Sequence record: MK817115.1
Direction: 5' to 3' (one strand)
DNA length: 64,000 bases
Origin: Escherichia phage vB_EcoM_phAPEC6
Shown: positions 40,501 to 49,465 of the stretch, piece by piece
Layout of the letters: the number at the start of each line of letters is the position of its first letter
Position numbering within the stretch: position 1 is the first letter of the stretch
Notes under the pieces: generated by a model
Seen by the model: the letters and a program-made list of their open reading frames with translations, nothing else
What the model was told of the DNA's origin: nothing
Databases searched by the model: none
Program-made: the position numbers and the translations under genes

Positions 40501-40513
40501 CATCGATATACAT
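37508..40513 (-). CDS. 43: Family B DNA polymerase (T4 gp43 equivalent)
   Basis: 1001 aa; polymerase motif C YGDTDS; N-terminal exonuclease region. Confidence 0.9.
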   Translation of the reverse strand: MYIDAYMERKRTGDILHVVERKNGKRILRELDPVYEYYVESPQGTHKTVYGTMAKHFEFQTQAQMNKSVEQHKSEGLRIFESDCNITFKTLAKEYMGKGSPDLNIVFFDIETDFHKKFGYAPPSDPFNRVTAISLYQSWTGKDYVLTLPPADMEIYEAQDIVRQLNEETNDPNSTVILYTDEKEMFMEFFSLIDDSDVISGWNSEFFDIPYMINRTKKIFNEATTARWCLWNKKPNSREADNFGKTVQTYDLVGRVHLDYLALYKKHAGQVEQSYKLDYIAEKVTKENKVSYEGSLDKLYREDYITFLRYSKQDSILLKKIDAKCDYINLHNRLAHKECVLISTTMGSVALIDTAIINLAHTRGEVVFNKAPKDDLEFDPEMEYYGEDGEDEDEKISAKAAGAWVQDPVLGLVSDLGCTDFNSLYPTVLRTLGMSTECILGQLRQDYTDAYLAAKIQEQKNKSKSKSFEPDWTAAWHGLFAAVEFTMVHEKSEETLIVDLEDGSSFKATGKELYDIIFAEDSTIVLSANGTLFDKSKSGVIPDILTQWYSERKAQQKMVIDYKHMYTDGWEFNGYEKVEPLLSNYTPGTMFRTNIHDNDPVYLLRKEIGKGQWDEVAKLIVENGLVLKDGRIFCPKEEKDYFKQRSAFWKQNQQIRKILLNSLYGALLNKGSRFFDKRLGQSVTLTGRSMTKHMASRINEITTGVYNHQGGSVIYGDTDSVYFSVTHYLKEQGIPYNLSKEEIVDMYIKIGEEVGESFPSFMHEMFNTGIEKGKIVGADLEMVGSRGLFLKKKRYAILKYWEDGFRKDIDGKPGEIKAMGLEIKRSDTPKYIQNFLEETLIALLVGESEQQLKQRVREFKDVFKDMPVHEKGSPKTVKNYTNLEAEYQLTGKCKVGHVLAGIQWNRLREVYDDKSVPEVTDGTKVIVCNLKDNPMGIKAVGYPIDCVEYLPEWFLELPFDTEKMEEIVLTKKLENIFGILDMDIGIHEKSTASVNNGFFTW

Positions 40514-40540
40514 CGTTTGTATTCCCTTACGTTTATTAAG

Positions 40541-40570
40541 TTAAAAAGAAAGCCTCCGTCATTGGAGGCT
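40541..40570 (-). terminator. Intrinsic terminator upstream of the DNA polymerase gene
   Basis: AGCCTCC / GGAGGCT stem followed on the minus strand by TTCTTTTTAA. Confidence 0.5.
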
Positions 40571-40592
40571 ATTTAATATATTTTAGTACTAA

Positions 40593-40922
40593 TTAGTAAT
40601 CATCTGCTTGTGGAAGATTATTAGTAACACTAAGAATAGTTTCGATATTATCGAGTTTATTTTGTTTGTCAAAGTAATCACCTTTGTACATACGTTGTGC
40701 AGCTTGTTTGATATCAGATGCATCGATACCAAGTTCATCAGAAACACTAGAAACAAAATCAGATAAGGATGCTTTGGTATCATCAATGAAAGTTAGTTGT
40801 ACAACAATGTTGTTAAGTGCGTCACCGAGACGTTTACGTTGTTCATCGTTTAGATCACGAATTTCAACTTTAACTTCTTTTTTAGATTTAGCCATTTTGT
40901 ATTTCTCCATGTGTGTTTTCAA
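40593..40922 (-). CDS. Hypothetical protein
   Basis: 109 aa ORF; true start may be the internal Met at 40895. Confidence 0.35.
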   Translation of the reverse strand: MKTHMEKYKMAKSKKEVKVEIRDLNDEQRKRLGDALNNIVVQLTFIDDTKASLSDFVSSVSDELGIDASDIKQAAQRMYKGDYFDKQNKLDNIETILSVTNNLPQADDY

Positions 40923-40984
40923 AAAATGTCACCTCACCACAATCGGTGAGATGACTTAATTGTATCACGTCTTTACGTGTTGTC

Positions 40985-41500
40985 TCATTTTTTTTCCGGT
41001 TTAACTGGAAATGAAAATGTTTTCTTGATCATGTCTGCTGGTTTGATTGAATTCAATTGCGTTACATAATCTTTCAATTTTACAAACAATACAGCTTCTT
41101 CATCAGTTGCTAACTCAAGATCCATAGCAGTTTTTAAGTGTCCAAGTTCTTGAATTGCAATGTATTTCAAATTAGATAATTCATTTTTTAGGCGTTCAAT
41201 TTTTTCTTCTTTAGTTTCAATATAGTCATGAATAGTATTTCCATCGTAAACCATACCATAAAGTTTGTTAATATCACCATCATATTCAATTTCAGAAACA
41301 CTAAAACCTAAAGGTACTAGATCATAAATGTTATATGATGCTGAAACAATTAAACCGTTAATATCATACATAAATTTTGCTTTATTAATGTCAAACAATT
41401 CACGAGATTCATACCAATCCATACCTTCATCGGACATCATATACAAAGAATTAGGATTACCACCTTCTTTTTCATACATCTTAAAATTTGTTAGTTGCAT
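40985..41500 (-). CDS. Tail fibre assembly chaperone (Tfa-like)
   Basis: C-terminus ATDEEAVLFVKLKDYVTQLNSIKPADMIKKTFSFPVKPE typical of Tfa-family chaperones; directly downstream of the tail fibre gene. Confidence 0.5.
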   Translation of the reverse strand: MQLTNFKMYEKEGGNPNSLYMMSDEGMDWYESRELFDINKAKFMYDINGLIVSASYNIYDLVPLGFSVSEIEYDGDINKLYGMVYDGNTIHDYIETKEEKIERLKNELSNLKYIAIQELGHLKTAMDLELATDEEAVLFVKLKDYVTQLNSIKPADMIKKTFSFPVKPEKK

Positions 41501-41510
41501 TACACATTCC

Positions 41511-43121
41511 TTATTGTTGACGTACTGTTTCCCAGTTACCATTTATTTGCATTTGAACATAGCGATAACTAATTCGTTCTAAGTGAGTGCCTGAACTACC
41601 ATTAACAGAAATCCATACGCCATCCATAAATGCACCTTCTGGTGTATATGTCCATGAAGAATCAGGTATTTTACTTGTTTCAATACGTGCACTCAAACGA
41701 ATACTTTGTACGTTATTAGTACTAATTTGCAAAGTAACGTTGCCACTAGCATCAGCAGCAGTACCGTTAATTGAACGAACAATATTTTTACCACCAACAG
41801 TAGCTGAGTTGTTAGAAACAGTTAATGATGGAGCAGCTAAAGTACCAGAAGAGTTTACAGTAACTTCTGCTCCACCGGAACGTAATCTCAATGTATTATT
41901 TGAAGAGTTATGATACACTGCCGCACGCTCACCACCGCTTGCGTTACGGAAATATAGAACTAATGATGTATCATTTGACTTAATTGACGCACTGTTTGCA
42001 ATAGTCAATGAACCAGTCATTGTATCACCAGTTTTTAGTACATAACGAGTGTTTGCAACTTTTTCACTCAATGCGACGTTAGATTCAGCAATGTTATATA
42101 GATATGCAACGTTAAAGTGTTCCACATCAATGTTACTAATACCATGATAGTGTGGTTGGTTTCCACCAAGTGTGTTAGTGTTTCCACTAAATGAGTGAAT
42201 GTGGTCTGGTGCTTCGTTAATGTTATTGATTACAGTTGGTATACCGTTATCATTACTTGAAGTTAACGCATTTAGACCACTACGGTCCATACCTTTTAGT
42301 GCTTGACTATGACCATGACGACCAGCAGCCCCTGTGGTCCCACTAAAACTAAATGAGTGTGATGGTAATTGGGCAACACTTAATACTGTGCCGCTAATAT
42401 TACCGCTACTACCAATAACACTATCAGTTTTAGTTACACCTGATGTGGATATCCCTTTTAAGTACGCGTTTTGGTTAAGGTTTGGTACTTGTTTGGTAAT
42501 TGTACCATTTTCCCCCTCCCATTGCCACCACATACCATCAGCAAAACACCAACCGTCAGACGTTTTCCACGGAGCACCTTGTGAACCGTTTCTCCCACTT
42601 TGTCCATTCGATTGTCCTGACATTTGTTCACGTATACTAGCAACAGATTGACCAGAAGTCAATGAATATTGTGTAATAGCACCTGGTTTAAGTGAAGTGT
42701 AAAGACCAGTTGGACCAGAACCACCACTAGAAGCAGTAGGGAATACAATGTTTAAGTTTGTTCCACTAATACTTGCACTAGGAACAGTACTACTACTGTA
42801 TGTTACACTTTCTACTTTTAAATTTAATTTTCTGTTTACTTCATCTAATGAAATTCTAATTGGTTCCAAAATAGTATCAGTATCGTATACTGCAATCCAA
42901 CTTGTACCGTTATGATACTTCAAAACTAATTCGTTTCGATCAAAAACCATTGCACCTTGTTCACCAGTAGGTAACGTTTGTACTGGTATAATAACTGATG
43001 ACGAATTAAAACGAATAGGTCTTGGGTTAGTTGGTGTACCACCAAGCACTATTAGTTCTAAAGATCCATTAGCACCAGTACTGGTCATTGTATCCAATGG
43101 GTTATTAAAACTTATGCTCAT
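41511..43121 (-). CDS. Tail fibre protein
   Basis: 536 aa; Ser/Gly/Thr/Asn-rich; GDTMTG repeat; three His-x-His motifs (RHGHS, DHIHSF, PHYHGI); AATAAATA late-like box upstream. Confidence 0.6.
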   Translation of the reverse strand: MSISFNNPLDTMTSTGANGSLELIVLGGTPTNPRPIRFNSSSVIIPVQTLPTGEQGAMVFDRNELVLKYHNGTSWIAVYDTDTILEPIRISLDEVNRKLNLKVESVTYSSSTVPSASISGTNLNIVFPTASSGGSGPTGLYTSLKPGAITQYSLTSGQSVASIREQMSGQSNGQSGRNGSQGAPWKTSDGWCFADGMWWQWEGENGTITKQVPNLNQNAYLKGISTSGVTKTDSVIGSSGNISGTVLSVAQLPSHSFSFSGTTGAAGRHGHSQALKGMDRSGLNALTSSNDNGIPTVINNINEAPDHIHSFSGNTNTLGGNQPHYHGISNIDVEHFNVAYLYNIAESNVALSEKVANTRYVLKTGDTMTGSLTIANSASIKSNDTSLVLYFRNASGGERAAVYHNSSNNTLRLRSGGAEVTVNSSGTLAAPSLTVSNNSATVGGKNIVRSINGTAADASGNVTLQISTNNVQSIRLSARIETSKIPDSSWTYTPEGAFMDGVWISVNGSSGTHLERISYRYVQMQINGNWETVRQQ

Positions 43122-43161
43122 GTATAAATCCCTTTATGATTAATATATACTATATTTATTC

Positions 43162-43488
43162 CTATAGCAAGTCGTTATCCATATCATCCCACACAGAATC
43201 AATGATGTTTGCTGCTATCTTTTTAGACATTTTAAACCACTCCGTGTTTGGTTGTCTAGTTGCATTCATTTGTTTAAGCCTTTTATGTATCTCTTTTTCA
43301 GCTAAACGTGCGTCTTCAAAGTGAACTTCATGATAAACTTCAAAATCACGAAACGGGGTAGCTGTCTGATACGTTCTCAAACGCTCTGTCATTTCAGATT
43401 TAGAAGTGAAACCAATCTTAACATAGTCAGGCCATGCAGAGTTTATTATAACATAACATATCTGTGACATAGATTCAATCTCCATCAT
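43162..43488 (-). CDS. T5orf172-domain protein (GIY-YIG superfamily)
   Basis: 108 aa; ICYVIIN ... YVKIGFT ... R ... E ... EWF pattern. Confidence 0.5.
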   Translation of the reverse strand: MMEIESMSQICYVIINSAWPDYVKIGFTSKSEMTERLRTYQTATPFRDFEVYHEVHFEDARLAEKEIHKRLKQMNATRQPNTEWFKMSKKIAANIIDSVWDDMDNDLL

Positions 43489-43509
43489 TAATATGGAGAT
43501 ATTTATCTA

Positions 43510-43869
43510 TCAACTAATAGTGAATTTTAAACCAATATCAATTAAACGTTGAAAAGGATTATGTGGCTGAAATTCCGATGGTTCTTGTGCAATGTTTAGC
43601 ACAGGAGCATCAGAATGCAGCACCGACATACGTTCTCTATAATGATCGATGTATTCTTCATACAACATATCTTCAGTATGTGTATTAAGTATATCTTCTA
43701 TGAAAGAATCTAAACTATAATCCAATCTATCATCATTATAATACAATGTTTCAGTGGCTTCATCATATCCAACTAACGTACCATAAGGAACATTTATTTC
43801 TATATTTGAGTACTGACTCTTTAAGTACTCTTCTCTATTAAATTTGTATACAGTTAACATCCGTGTCAA
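43510..43869 (-). CDS. Hypothetical protein
   Basis: 119 aa ORF. Confidence 0.4.
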   Translation of the reverse strand: MTRMLTVYKFNREEYLKSQYSNIEINVPYGTLVGYDEATETLYYNDDRLDYSLDSFIEDILNTHTEDMLYEEYIDHYRERMSVLHSDAPVLNIAQEPSEFQPHNPFQRLIDIGLKFTIS

Positions 43870-43883
43870 CTCCTTTAGATTGT

Positions 43884-44981
43884 TTACTTAAAGTTATTTA
43901 CAATTTTCAGTACAGATTTTAGATACTTTTCATCAAACGTTTCAGTAAATCCTGACGGCAACTCTTCAGTACTTACTACTCCACTTTCAATGTATTTCTT
44001 TATGAACTTTTCCAACAATAATGGTTGATTGCCATCCTCAAAGTAACGTTCTACCAGTACTTCATGCTCGAACTCAGAATTGCGGCTTTGTTCATTGACA
44101 CGGCGTTTCATATCACCTGTAATTCCATATTTGTACACCGTCTTATCATTATTAGTTAATTTTTGAACATAGAAATATCCAGGTTTTGATGGTTGATATC
44201 CATATTCCCCACATGATGGACATCCTTTACCAGCCATATGTGCTTTTGGTTGTTGGGAGAAGACACCATGAGTCGGACATACAATATCAATATAATTCTC
44301 GCTTAAAGTATATTCAACCAAGCTATAATCATACTTATGGTTATGGATAGGCGACACAAGTTCAATGAAACGTTCAGTGCTTCTTCCACCTTTACCAGAA
44401 CATGTACCGCAGCCAGTTTTACCCTTCAATAAAGTTTGGGCTGAAACAGTCCATTCGTGTTTACCGCGTGTACAGTATACGGTAACTTCCGTCTTATTGT
44501 TAACATATTTGGTATTTGGAAATTCAAACGCATTGCCATAGTTTTCTTTTACTTTTGCGATGAATGATTCAGTACTGTATGCTTCATTTTTATTACATAC
44601 AGGACAGCCCTTACCAGAAAGAAATTTGTTTGGTGTAATTTCAAAGTAATCGTTATGTTCTTCATCAGTGCAGAATAGTGTTACTTTTGATATAGCGTTA
44701 GTGTAATTTAGTTTATCAAATTTGAATTTATCTTTACCAAATTTAGTTTCTACAGTACTGATGAATGTGTCGTTGTTTGAACGCTGTGACATGTTTGAAT
44801 AACATGATGCACATGTACATGCAATGTGACGAAGTGCAGGTTTGGTGTTTTCTTTCCCACACTTGTTACATTTTACTGTTGTTTTACTTGCCTTGAATAC
44901 TAAAGTACTGAAGTCAAATTCTCCATACTTAGCAGTCATTTGGTTGATAAACTCGTCTTTGTTGATACTTACGTTTGGCAT
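43884..44981 (-). CDS. Zinc-ribbon repeat protein with C-terminal GIY-YIG/T5orf172-like domain (putative homing-endonuclease-like)
   Basis: 365 aa; three K-x-G-x-GCPxC modules; C-terminal GYFYV ... YKYGIT ... RR ... E; own promoter. Confidence 0.5.
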   Translation of the reverse strand: MPNVSINKDEFINQMTAKYGEFDFSTLVFKASKTTVKCNKCGKENTKPALRHIACTCASCYSNMSQRSNNDTFISTVETKFGKDKFKFDKLNYTNAISKVTLFCTDEEHNDYFEITPNKFLSGKGCPVCNKNEAYSTESFIAKVKENYGNAFEFPNTKYVNNKTEVTVYCTRGKHEWTVSAQTLLKGKTGCGTCSGKGGRSTERFIELVSPIHNHKYDYSLVEYTLSENYIDIVCPTHGVFSQQPKAHMAGKGCPSCGEYGYQPSKPGYFYVQKLTNNDKTVYKYGITGDMKRRVNEQSRNSEFEHEVLVERYFEDGNQPLLLEKFIKKYIESGVVSTEELPSGFTETFDEKYLKSVLKIVNNFK

Positions 44982-45013
44982 AATTCTGTCTCTATGTTTG
45001 TGTGTATGTGCGT

Positions 45014-45042
45014 ATTATACATAACCAAAAACATCATGTCAA
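45014..45042 (-). promoter_or_regulatory. Consensus sigma70 promoter, TTGACA-N17-TATAAT
   Basis: Read on the minus strand; perfect -35 and -10 hexamers with 17 nt spacer, upstream of the Zn-ribbon/GIY-YIG-like gene. Confidence 0.55.
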
Positions 45043-45050
45043 TGTTTTTA

Positions 45051-45087
45051 ATAAAAAAAGGGACTCCGAAGAGTCCCTATTGTTTTT
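45051..45087. terminator. Bidirectional intrinsic terminator downstream of the capsid gene
   Basis: AGGGACTC-CGAA-GAGTCCCT 8 bp stem with T-runs on both strands. Confidence 0.65.
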
Positions 45088-45121
45088 AATTTCTTGATTA
45101 AATCTTTTAAATCGATTACAA

Positions 45122-46297
45122 TTACATGAAAGTAACGTTTTTGATAGCGATTTTGCTGTAGTAGTCAGCAGCGTTACCAAGAGATGAAGTACTGTCGGTC
45201 AACTGTACATAGCCATATCTGGTTAGAAAAGTTGTAACGAGTTCCCCAGTGTTAGGGTCCATTACAGTACCAGAAGCCATTAGTGGGATGTATGGGCAAT
45301 AGAATACACCAGCATCAGTTTCCGCATTACCTTTATAACCAATTAGAATATCTTCTGCATCACTAGCATAGGTATCAACGAAAATACGCATAGTGCTGTT
45401 TAGAGTACCTACAAACTTAACGTTAGTTGGTGCTTCGAAAGTACCTTCAGTGGTACGTGCAAAGCTAGAAGTAGTAGCAGATTGTAGAATGGTTAGTGCA
45501 GTTGGGGAAACAACAGCCCAGTTTGCAGCACCACGCTTAGTACGACGAGCAACTTCGTTTGCTTGACGGTTAATTAGAGTTGCTAGAGCAGCGTGCTCAT
45601 CACCAACGAAGGTTGCAACACCAGTAACTTTAGATTGGTCATAAGTTACAGCAGCAGCACCAGGTAGTGCACGTAGACGGCTTAGTAGCTCTTGGTCGAT
45701 TTCTACAGTAACTTCTTGAGCGATTGCAGCCATTAGTTCTGCTTCAACGTCAACACCATGTTGGGATTGAGCATCTTGTGCAGATTCAACAGTCCAACGT
45801 GCAGATAGACGACGAGATTTCGCTTCAACAGTTTCACGTAGAATACGGATGTTAACGCGACGACCCATAGTACCTTCTAGTTGGCTAGTAGGAGCAGCTT
45901 GTGGGTTGCTATTATCCGCATTTAGATCACCAGAGTAAGATTTAGCGATTTTGTATGGAGAAAGCATTTCTTCACCAGCGATTACACCAGGTGCGTTATC
46001 AGCATATTGTACACGTAGGGTGTGGATCTGACCAACTGGACCAGTCATAGGTTGAACACCGATGATTTCGTTAGCAATAACGGTTGGCATTACACGACGC
46101 ATAATTGGTAGAATCACTTTGTTTAGAGTAGCGATGTTACCAGCGGTAGTTGCACCAGAAGTTGCGGATTCAGTTAGCATAACTTTACGATGGTTATCAA
46201 GAACAGTTTCCATTACAGACTTACGAGTACCCTGTAGACCTTCAACTAGTTTCTCTTTTACTGCTACCCATTTGGATTCATTTAGTAGTTGTGACAT
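45122..46297 (-). CDS. 23: Major capsid protein (T4 gp23 family)
   Basis: 391 aa; MRRVMPTVIANEIIGVQPM, VEAKSRRLSARWTVESAQD and IGYKGNAETDAGVFYCPY align with T4 gp23 as recalled; exact TATAAATA late box upstream. Confidence 0.8.
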   Translation of the reverse strand: MSQLLNESKWVAVKEKLVEGLQGTRKSVMETVLDNHRKVMLTESATSGATTAGNIATLNKVILPIMRRVMPTVIANEIIGVQPMTGPVGQIHTLRVQYADNAPGVIAGEEMLSPYKIAKSYSGDLNADNSNPQAAPTSQLEGTMGRRVNIRILRETVEAKSRRLSARWTVESAQDAQSQHGVDVEAELMAAIAQEVTVEIDQELLSRLRALPGAAAVTYDQSKVTGVATFVGDEHAALATLINRQANEVARRTKRGAANWAVVSPTALTILQSATTSSFARTTEGTFEAPTNVKFVGTLNSTMRIFVDTYASDAEDILIGYKGNAETDAGVFYCPYIPLMASGTVMDPNTGELVTTFLTRYGYVQLTDSTSSLGNAADYYSKIAIKNVTFM

Positions 46298-46342
46298 TAT
46301 ATATCTCCTTAAAGATGTTATATTCGTTTTTCAGTATGATAT

Positions 46343-46350
46343 TATTTATA
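46343..46350 (-). promoter_or_regulatory. Late promoter box TATAAATA
   Basis: Exact T4 late consensus on the minus strand, about 45 nt upstream of the capsid gene ATG. Confidence 0.6.
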
Positions 46351-46388
46351 GAACTGAAAAATTTGATTATTAAAATGCTTTAAAATGT

Positions 46389-47504
46389 TTATTTTTTATT
46401 GATACCTGAAAGAACATCGAGTTCTTTTAGGAATGCCATATCGTCAGCGGTCATTTCTTCGCTTTCAACAATAGCCTGACGGTTGCCAGTGATTACTTTA
46501 CCTTCTGCAAGAGTTTTCTTAGCGGAAGACTGAACTGCTTGACGAGTGGTAGCAGATTCATTTACTTTAGTACCGTTAAGTACTGACTTATGGTACTTGC
46601 TGAAATCTTCTTTAAGCTTTTCAGTAGGTGAAGTAGCTAGAAGGGATTCCATAATTTGTTTTTGCTGTGCCGTTAGTGGTTTTACTAGTTCAGACATAAT
46701 CGCATTACGTGCTTGTGCATCTTCCATAATACGTAGTTTGGTTTTAGCAGCTTTAACGGCATTAGCAGTTTCATGTAGTTCTTGCTTAACTTGAGCAATT
46801 TCATCTTCTTTAGATTTAATTGATTCAGTTAGGGAACGTAGCAATGAGTTTTCATTAAATTGTTTGACATTAAACTCTTGAGCAAATGCTTCAAAGATTT
46901 TACGACCAAACATATTTTGTTTTGCTTCCACTAGATCTTGTTTCAACGCATATAGATTCTTCTGAGTGGTTTCTGCAATATATTTAGCAGCACTTTCAGA
47001 TGTACGTTTGATGAAGTTATTACGAGCTTCAGCAATTTGACGTGAACCTTCAGCAAGTAGTTTAACGCGAGTTTCTACTAGTTGGCGTTTTTCAGTGTGG
47101 AATTCTTTTAGCTCTTCTGCTAGGATACCGTTAGAAAAATTAACGAATTTACCCATGCATTCATGAAGATGCTTACGTTCTTTACGCATTTGTTTAACTT
47201 CTTCAGCCAAAACAGAGTTTGAAAACGCAGAGAAATTGCTTAGTGTTTTACGTAGAGTTACACGATCTTCAACGAGACGTTTTTTCTCTTCATATACAGC
47301 ACCCATTTCTTCAGCAATGACTTGAGTAACCATAGTGTTCAAACCTTCGGTTAGTTCAGCCAAATCTTGCTGATAACGGCCTTTCATTTCTTCACGCATC
47401 TCTGCGGCTAGTGTATTCTTTTCTTCATTCCATGCTTCCTGAATTAGCTGTTTTGCCTCATCAGAAAGAGATGATTCTTTTAGAAGCTTTTCTAATTTAG
47501 ACAT
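46389..47504 (-). CDS. 22: Prohead scaffold protein (T4 gp22 equivalent)
   Basis: 371 aa, coiled-coil-rich; between protease and capsid genes; exact TATAAATA late box upstream. Confidence 0.6.
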   Translation of the reverse strand: MSKLEKLLKESSLSDEAKQLIQEAWNEEKNTLAAEMREEMKGRYQQDLAELTEGLNTMVTQVIAEEMGAVYEEKKRLVEDRVTLRKTLSNFSAFSNSVLAEEVKQMRKERKHLHECMGKFVNFSNGILAEELKEFHTEKRQLVETRVKLLAEGSRQIAEARNNFIKRTSESAAKYIAETTQKNLYALKQDLVEAKQNMFGRKIFEAFAQEFNVKQFNENSLLRSLTESIKSKEDEIAQVKQELHETANAVKAAKTKLRIMEDAQARNAIMSELVKPLTAQQKQIMESLLATSPTEKLKEDFSKYHKSVLNGTKVNESATTRQAVQSSAKKTLAEGKVITGNRQAIVESEEMTADDMAFLKELDVLSGINKK

Positions 47505-47551
47505 TCGTTCTCTCCTTTAAGTACTGAAATATCTGTACTTCAACATACAGA

Positions 47552-47559
47552 TATTTATA
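47552..47559 (-). promoter_or_regulatory. Late promoter box TATAAATA
   Basis: Exact match on the minus strand upstream of the scaffold gene; overlaps one arm of an 11 bp inverted repeat. Confidence 0.55.
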
Positions 47560-47570
47560 TTTTTAAAATG

Positions 47571-48194
47571 TTAACCTTTTAATTTCTTGAAAAAATCGTA
47601 TATTTCAGAATCTAAATTATTTACTTTTTTAGATTCAGTGATTTTTTTAGAACTATTACAAGGTGATCCGTACTTACTCATCAGAGATTCAAATACCGCT
47701 GTTGGGTATGCTTCTGGAGCACTAGGTTGAGCAACAATATCAATAGTGATAATTTCAAAATCAGAAACTATTCCATTATAATCAACGTTACCGGAACCGC
47801 GAGAACTTACACCAAGTTTTACACCAGCCTCTAGCATTTTACGGATATTCTGACCATGTGCAGTATCAAGTAGTTTGATTTCTGCCATACCATTAGCACC
47901 TTCCATCCAAACCTTAGTAATCATTGCTGCTACACGGTCTAGGTTAATAGTTAGTGTTTCTGGATGGTCACATTCAACAAGAATGCTTTCACCTTTAGCT
48001 AAACGCTGGTTCATGTTATTTACTGCCCTTGTAATTTCAGATAAAGGGTAAATTCTCTCGTTCAAATTTCGTTGGTCGGCTTGAATAGCAATACCACGAA
48101 GATAGCAGTCACGCCCACCAAATCCATTATCACGATGTTCCAAAACAACTTTAGAATCATTGAATGAAGACCATTCACGAATCATACTACTCAT
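47571..48194 (-). CDS. 21: Prohead protease (T4 gp21 equivalent)
   Basis: 207 aa; position in the 20-21-22-23 head gene order. Confidence 0.6.
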   Translation of the reverse strand: MSSMIREWSSFNDSKVVLEHRDNGFGGRDCYLRGIAIQADQRNLNERIYPLSEITRAVNNMNQRLAKGESILVECDHPETLTINLDRVAAMITKVWMEGANGMAEIKLLDTAHGQNIRKMLEAGVKLGVSSRGSGNVDYNGIVSDFEIITIDIVAQPSAPEAYPTAVFESLMSKYGSPCNSSKKITESKKVNNLDSEIYDFFKKLKG

Positions 48195-48214
48195 AATGAT
48201 CTCCTTTCAGATAT

Positions 48215-49075
48215 TTATTTTAGTTTAGGTTGTGCTTTGCTTAGTGGTGATTTAGAATTAGATGCAGTAGTTTTTGGTGCTTTAACATCTTTCATTTCAC
48301 CGCGAGCATTTTTACCAAGATCTAGGCTATCTTTTGGTAGAACAGATTTATCATCTAGGTCTAGTAGTGGTGCTTGGTCAGTTTTCTTAGCGAATTTAAC
48401 TGGCTCTGCTCCTGCTACTGGAGATTTAGCTTCTGGTGCTACTGGAGATTTGGAATGAGTGCCAGCTTTTTCTTTCTTATCAACTGGAGCAACTTTTTCT
48501 AGTTTGAAGGATTCACCGAATTTTTCATCGCCGAATTCAACATCAGCAAATTCGTCGTCACCGTCAACACCAACTTCTTCTTCGCTATCTTCTACTTCTT
48601 CTTCAGAATCTAGATCAACTTCACCGTCACCGATTTCATCAAACATTTGTTGTAGGCCACGGAAAGCATCTTGGATTGATTCCCATTGGTCTTCGGAAGG
48701 AACATCAGCATCAGCTTTCACTTCAACGTCAACATCGTCTTCACCGTCACCATCTGCATCAGCAGAGAATTCAACTTCTTCTTCTGCACTTTCATCTTCT
48801 TCACCAAGGGTGTATTCGATTTCAGCATTTAGACCTTCGTCTGGTTGTACATCAAAATCTTCGTCAAGCTTTTCTTCATCTTTGACTTTAACTTCGACTT
48901 CACAATCTTCATCGTCGTCTTCATCTTCCATGCTTTCTTCTAGTTGTTTGTTAATTTCTTGAGCTTGCTCAACGAAATACTTACGCATTTTTTTATCAGC
49001 AATATCTTGTTCGCCATTTGCAAACGCCGCAATTGCTTCTTGTAGTAGTTTTAAATTCGCCATTATATCCTCCAT
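48215..49075 (-). CDS. Acidic prohead core protein (positional gp68-like)
   Basis: 286 aa, extremely Asp/Glu-rich; between portal and protease genes. Confidence 0.4.
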   Translation of the reverse strand: MEDIMANLKLLQEAIAAFANGEQDIADKKMRKYFVEQAQEINKQLEESMEDEDDDEDCEVEVKVKDEEKLDEDFDVQPDEGLNAEIEYTLGEEDESAEEEVEFSADADGDGEDDVDVEVKADADVPSEDQWESIQDAFRGLQQMFDEIGDGEVDLDSEEEVEDSEEEVGVDGDDEFADVEFGDEKFGESFKLEKVAPVDKKEKAGTHSKSPVAPEAKSPVAGAEPVKFAKKTDQAPLLDLDDKSVLPKDSLDLGKNARGEMKDVKAPKTTASNSKSPLSKAQPKLK

Positions 49076-49164
49076 AGATATATTACATTCGTATAAAGTA
49101 TGATATTATTTAGTACTGAATAAAATCGCCTTTTTTAAAAGCTTTAAAAAGTGCGATTTTCGAT

Positions 49165-49392
49165 TTACATTAACCCAGAACCGTCACCAGTTGGTGCAGC
49201 GGCATAAACAACTGCAACCACATTTTTGCGGCGTTGTTCTTCATGTGCTTTAAATTCACGGTACTTTCTTAAGTTGTTTAATACTTGTAATGTTAGTTTC
49301 GGTTTTCTGGAATCAGTAATTTTATATACGTTCTGATCATCTTCAGGGTCGTACATTGAATCACTGCTAGATTCAAAGATGTCCTTTAACAT
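49165..49392 (-). CDS. Small head protein (positional gp67-like)
   Basis: 75 aa; directly downstream of the portal gene. Confidence 0.3.
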   Translation of the reverse strand: MLKDIFESSSDSMYDPEDDQNVYKITDSRKPKLTLQVLNNLRKYREFKAHEEQRRKNVVAVVYAAAPTGDGSGLM

Positions 49393-49465
49393 TTGATCTC
49401 CTTGAAATATGCATTATAAATGAGGGTAAAAATAAACCCTCATTCTTATACACTGTTATTTATGT

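Noticed and set aside
48459-48962. 167 aa Ser-rich plus-strand ORF (and neighbouring 48237-48458, 48676-48885)
   Set aside because: Antisense or alternative frames of the Asp/Glu-rich prohead core gene, where repetitive GAA/GAT codons create long open frames on the other strand.
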